The translations under genes and the position numbers were made by a program. Positions 20,845 to 24,374 of a stretch of DNA of 24,374 bases are shown here, in pieces. Numbering within the stretch: position 1 is the first letter of the stretch; every line of letters begins with the position of its first letter. This DNA is from Chiloscyllium plagiosum. Its lineage: Eukaryota. The stretch covers positions 11,441,160 through 11,465,533 of the forward strand of contig NC_057752.1 in the NCBI RefSeq assembly GCF_004010195.1. Direction: 5' to 3'. The notes beneath the pieces are model-generated. The model did not search any database and was not told where the DNA came from. It saw only the letters and a program-made list of their open reading frames with translations.

Positions 20845-21834
20845 TGAAGACCTTTGACCCGTCAAGAGGGGCCTCTTCATTCGAGATTGGTCAAAAGAAT
20901 CAACGAATACGGTCTGTTCAAAAAGCATGGGTCATTAGTTTATTGAATTAAGATACCTTGGCGCAATTCTATCCAGCAGCAGAGAGGTTAAAGCTTCTGT
21001 GTTCTGTGGTGAAGTTGCGCAATTACATTTGAAAATTACACATTATTTATATGTTTTTTAAGAGATAGCACAGCCTTAACTACAAGAAAGACCAATCACG
21101 TATAATAAGGTGACATGATTTGCAGTGAGTTAATCCAATGATATTTCCTGGGAAAGGGTTCTTAATTTCAAGAAAAGTCCAATCAACTGTAATATGGTGA
21201 CATGATTGACAACAGGCTAATCCAATGGTATTCCTTGGAAAAGAATGATTAGATTAGATTACCTACAGTGTGGAAACAGGCCCTTCAGCCCAACAAGTCC
21301 ACACCGACCCTCCGAAGAGAAACCCACCCACCCCTATATTTACCCCTGACTAATCCACCTAACACTACGAGCAATTTAGCATGGCCAATTCACCTAACCT
21401 GCACATCTTTGGACTGTGGGAGGAAACCCGAGCACCCGGAGGAAACCCACGCAGACACGGGGAGAATGTGCAAACTCCACACAGACAGTCGCCTGAGGCA
21501 GGAATTGAACCCGGGTCTCTGGCACTGTGAGGCAGCAGTGCTAACCACTGAGCCCCATATCTTATTTATGTATTTACATAAATTGTCATGCCATTTATCA
21601 GTTCTAGGTTAGATGGAATGGTCAATTAATGTGGTCAATTTTATGAAAACTCTATTGTTCTCTTATCTTTGAATTTCAGCTTAATTCTGCAAATCAGCAG
21701 TACAGGTTCACAGGGTTCAATCACTATTCTCAGCCATTTTATAGTATTCCTTTAAATTGAAAAACCATTTTGTGGTTAATAAAAATCCACATATACTTGT
21801 TGTCTAAATTCAAATTTTAGATCCTCAGTCTTCA
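20845..21834 (-). mobile_element. Probable LTR of a different family, with a SINE insertion
   Basis: Inverted termini TGAAGAC...GTCTTCA. Minus-strand order: duplicated CCAAT-containing block (21083-21243), TATAAA (21051-21046), AATAAA (20944-20939). No TSD seen. Confidence 0.5.
21247..21555 (-). mobile_element. HE1/V-SINE-type SINE
   Basis: (gatta)n tail side at 21247; body closely matches 4064-4366. Confidence 0.88.
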
Positions 21835-21859
21835 CAAAAGAAAAGGACAATGCAGGTTT

Positions 21860-22499
21860 AGATACCAGGAAGGATATTGTGAAACTTGAAAGGGTTCCAG
21901 GATTGGGGCGGCACGGTGGCTCAGTGGTTAGCACTGCTGCCTCACAGCGCTAGGGACCCAGGTTTGATTCCAGCCTCGGGCGACTGTCTGTGTGGAGTTT
22001 GTGCATTCTCCCTGTGTCTGCGTGGATTTCATCCGGGTGTTTCAGTTTCCTCCCACAATCCAAGATGTGCAGGTTAGGTGAATCGGCCATGCTCAATTGT
22101 CCACAGTGTTTAGGAATGTGTAGACTCAGGGTAAATGGGTTTGAGTGGGTTACTCTTCAGAGGGTTGATATGGACTTGTTGGGCCAAATGGCCTGTTTCC
22201 ACACTGACGCGAATCTATGCCGATTTCCAAGGATGTTGCCAGAGTTATCGGGAGAGGCTGAAGAGGCTGGGGCTCTTTCCCGCGGAGGCTAAGGGGTGAT
22301 CTTGCAGAAGTTTATAAAATCATGAGGGGCATGGATAGAGTGAATATCTAAAGTCTTTTCCCCAGGTTGGAGGAGTCCAAAGCCAGAGGGCATAAGATGA
22401 GAGGGGTAAGATTTAAAAGGGACCCAAGGGGCAACATTTTCACACAAGGTGGGGGGTGCTGCTTGTATGGAATGAGCTGCCAGAGGAAGTGGTGGAGAC
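21860..22499 (+). mobile_element. CR1 3' fragment interrupted by a SINE and cut by an LTR
   Basis: ggaaggatattgtgaaacttgaaaggg...EVYKIMRGMDRV...tggaatgagctgccagaggaagtggtggag (WNELPEEVVE). Confidence 0.72.
21905..22217 (+). mobile_element. HE1/V-SINE-type SINE
   Basis: ggggcggcacggtggctcagtggttagcactgctgcctcacagc...ggcctgtttccacactg. Confidence 0.88.
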
Positions 22500-23176
22500 T
22501 GTTATGGACCAGGCCAGACCCCCTCAAAACATTTCAAGAAAGTAGCCCAGACCTTAACTTTGCTCGTTGTTTTAAGCAGGTGTGAGGTGGATATTCCAGG
22601 AGGGATGCAGCTGGTCAAACCACTTAGTTTTAAACAAAACAGAATTTATTTGCAATATTTCCAAATGAAACACAATAAAAGAGAATATAGAATAACTTAA
22701 CCATTTCAAAAACCCAACAGATTATCCCAACTTAATGATGCTGTTCCAAATACTTGCAACAATCCCCATAAACACCCTTTGGCACAAAAAGGTAAAATCA
22801 AACACAGGGTCTCATAGGAGAGAGAGAGAGAGAGAGATGGCAGCGGGACTCAGCACGGAACCCCTTCTTCCATGTAGCTGTTTCTTGGATCAGCAGCCTC
22901 AAACTGACTGCCTGCTTTCAGAGAATAGCAAGACTGTTGAAACCAAACCAGATCAGAGAAAAGCTGAGCTGGGAGAACTGGCCACTCCCCTTTCACTGGA
23001 CAAGTGTTTTTATTTCAACTTGAAAACCTTTTGCCTGAGGCAGTATCTGTTAGCTGTAATCAAATTGGCCCTAAAATCCTTCAAACCTAGATTTTTCAGA
23101 ATCGCTGCTTTTACGACCTCTTTGAAAGAAAAAGCCAAGGACAGCATAACCTTGTTAAAGGAGCAGCATCGTCACA
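22500..23176 (-). mobile_element. 3' LTR of a Gypsy element
   Basis: TGTTATGG...CGTCACA termini; minus-strand AATAAA at 22650-22645; purine-rich tract (minus ggggtgagg) abuts the LTR at 23177-23185. Confidence 0.75.
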
Positions 23177-23269
23177 CCTCACCCCATAAAAAATGAGCCA
23201 TCAATATCCAATGATGGCTTCATTTAAAACCCCTTAATCCTAAACTGTTAGTCCTCTACAATACACATA

Positions 23270-23368
23270 TACAGAGGAACCTCAATCATCCAGGATTTGA
23301 TTAACCGAATTTCGGATGATCCGAACAAAATCGCAAGGTCCCAATGCGTGGCTAACTATGTTATCCGG
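23270..23368. mobile_element. Possible Tc1/mariner (Tigger/pogo-like) terminal fragment
   Basis: TA followed by CAGAGGAACCTC and repeated ttatccg-like motifs; no second TIR visible. Confidence 0.35.
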
Positions 23369-23387
23369 TATCGAAGGCCTTCGTTTC

Positions 23388-23690
23388 TCATTCAAGTCTC
23401 GACAATGTGTCAGCAATCATGTTTTCTCATCCTGCCACATGCACAACTTTCAAACTGAATGGCTGTAACAAGCTCCATCTAAACAGGCTGGCATTTTTGC
23501 CCTTAAATTTCTCTACAAACGTCAGTGGGTTATGGTCAGTGTATATGATTGTCTCAGATATATTACTGGTAACATAAACATTGAAATGTTGTAACACCAA
23601 CACAAAGCTCAAAATGTCCTTCTCAACTGGCAAATATTTCTGCTGATGAACATTCAACTTCCGGGAGAATAACCCGATAGGTCTTCTTTT
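23388..23690 (-). pseudogene. Gypsy pol RNase H C-terminal remnant
   Basis: RPIGLFSRKLNVHQQKYLPVEKD...YTDHNPLTF...RWSLLQPF...HVAG*ENMIADTLSRLE*; in-frame TGA at 23427-23429. Confidence 0.85.
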
Positions 23691-23932
23691 TGTGCGAAGG
23701 ATTTGTAGCTCGGGTGCTCGTTGTTGTGGTTCTGTTCGCCGAGCTGGAAGTTTTTGTTGCAAACGTTTCGTCCCCTGGCTAGGCGACATCATCAGTGCTG
23801 GGTACCCAATATACCAACCACGACAGCGGACAGCTGAAACTGACAACCGGAAACGGCAGGGACAGACCACTATAAACACCAGAGGAAACATCAAAGAAGC
23901 GCTTCGCAGGAGGCTCCCAAGCACTGATGATG
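23691..23932. mobile_element. Penelope-like pseudo-LTR fragments in inverted arrangement
   Basis: The minus segment 23691-23800 carries a hammerhead. The plus segment ends in agcactgatgatg (23920-23932), the exact reverse complement of catcatcagtgct (23787-23799). Confidence 0.7.
23759..23798 (-). ncRNA. Minimal type I hammerhead ribozyme motif (Penelope-associated)
   Basis: Minus strand: GCA-CUGAUGA-U-GUCGCCU(AGCC)AGGGGAC-GAAAC-GUU^UGC. Core, helix I (GCA/UGC), helix II and a palindromic ACGU helix III are all present. Confidence 0.72.
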
Positions 23933-24022
23933 GTTAGAAGGCAGTTATGGGTCAACAACATTGCGGTTGTTACATGTCAGCCAGACCAGGGAAGGGCGAC
24001 AGATTTGGTTCCCTAAAGAGGA
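23933..24022 (-). mobile_element. Decayed shark SINE fragment (Deu/SacSINE1-like)
   Basis: ggcagttatgggtcaacaacattgc...gccagaccagggaaggg...ttccctaaag resembles the reverse complement of a common shark SINE body, recalled rather than searched. Confidence 0.4.
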
Positions 24023-24374
24023 GCACACCAGTCACATTGTGAAGGAACAGTGGGACATTGTAAGAGGTACATGAGGACTGAACCTTCTACCTCCCAGTCC
24101 AGCATCACTCACAAAATATATCTTACATTATGCTTCAAAATTATATTCTACTTTAAAATGAGAGGAAATCAGTTCCATGCTTATGAAATCTTGCATTAGC
24201 TTTCTGATTTATGGCTATCAGGTGAACCTTTTATGGTCACTAGGGATTCCTTTGGCCTCACAGAAACAACTACCTTCCATCTGCAAAGACCAATGGCATA
24301 GTCAATGTTGCTTGTATCCAACATTTACACCACACACCACTGGACACTGCTTGTATTTCACCTGCGCAGTGATA

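Noticed and set aside
21905..21980. tRNA gene
   Set aside because: The A and B boxes belong to a SINE head that continues into the SINE body; no complete cloverleaf.
23427..23924. 165-aa ORF as a real fusion protein
   Set aside because: Chance in-frame join of Penelope non-coding repeat and a Gypsy RNase H remnant that has a premature stop.

Overview
Eukaryotic, repeat-dense genomic window, very probably from a shark. The taxon is inferred from HE1/V-SINE-type SINEs and from CR1 and Penelope fragments that resemble elasmobranch repeats. The only supportable host gene is the 3' half of a + strand Siglec/MAG-like immunoglobulin-superfamily receptor, most of which the ORF track misses. Four exons splice in phase: a membrane-proximal C2-type Ig exon (2115-2402), a transmembrane exon (3389-3482) and two cytoplasmic exons (7882-7972, 8461-8541) carrying two ITIM-type motifs (IIYSSL, IVYAAI). 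The rest is nested mobile DNA and satellites: a decayed CR1 in an intron, several CR1 3' ends, five HE1-like SINEs, Gypsy LTR remnants (a solo LTR with a 4-bp TSD, a gag remnant, and a probable Gmr1-type 3' end), Penelope fragments including one apparently intact minimal hammerhead ribozyme, a ~1 kb telomere-variant hexamer array with higher-order structure, and a 934-N assembly gap. Repeat family names come from recalled motifs rather than a database search, and most repeat boundaries are approximate. I see no convincing wholly new system. The best leads are the dual-ITIM Siglec-like receptor, the hammerhead and the telomere-variant array.
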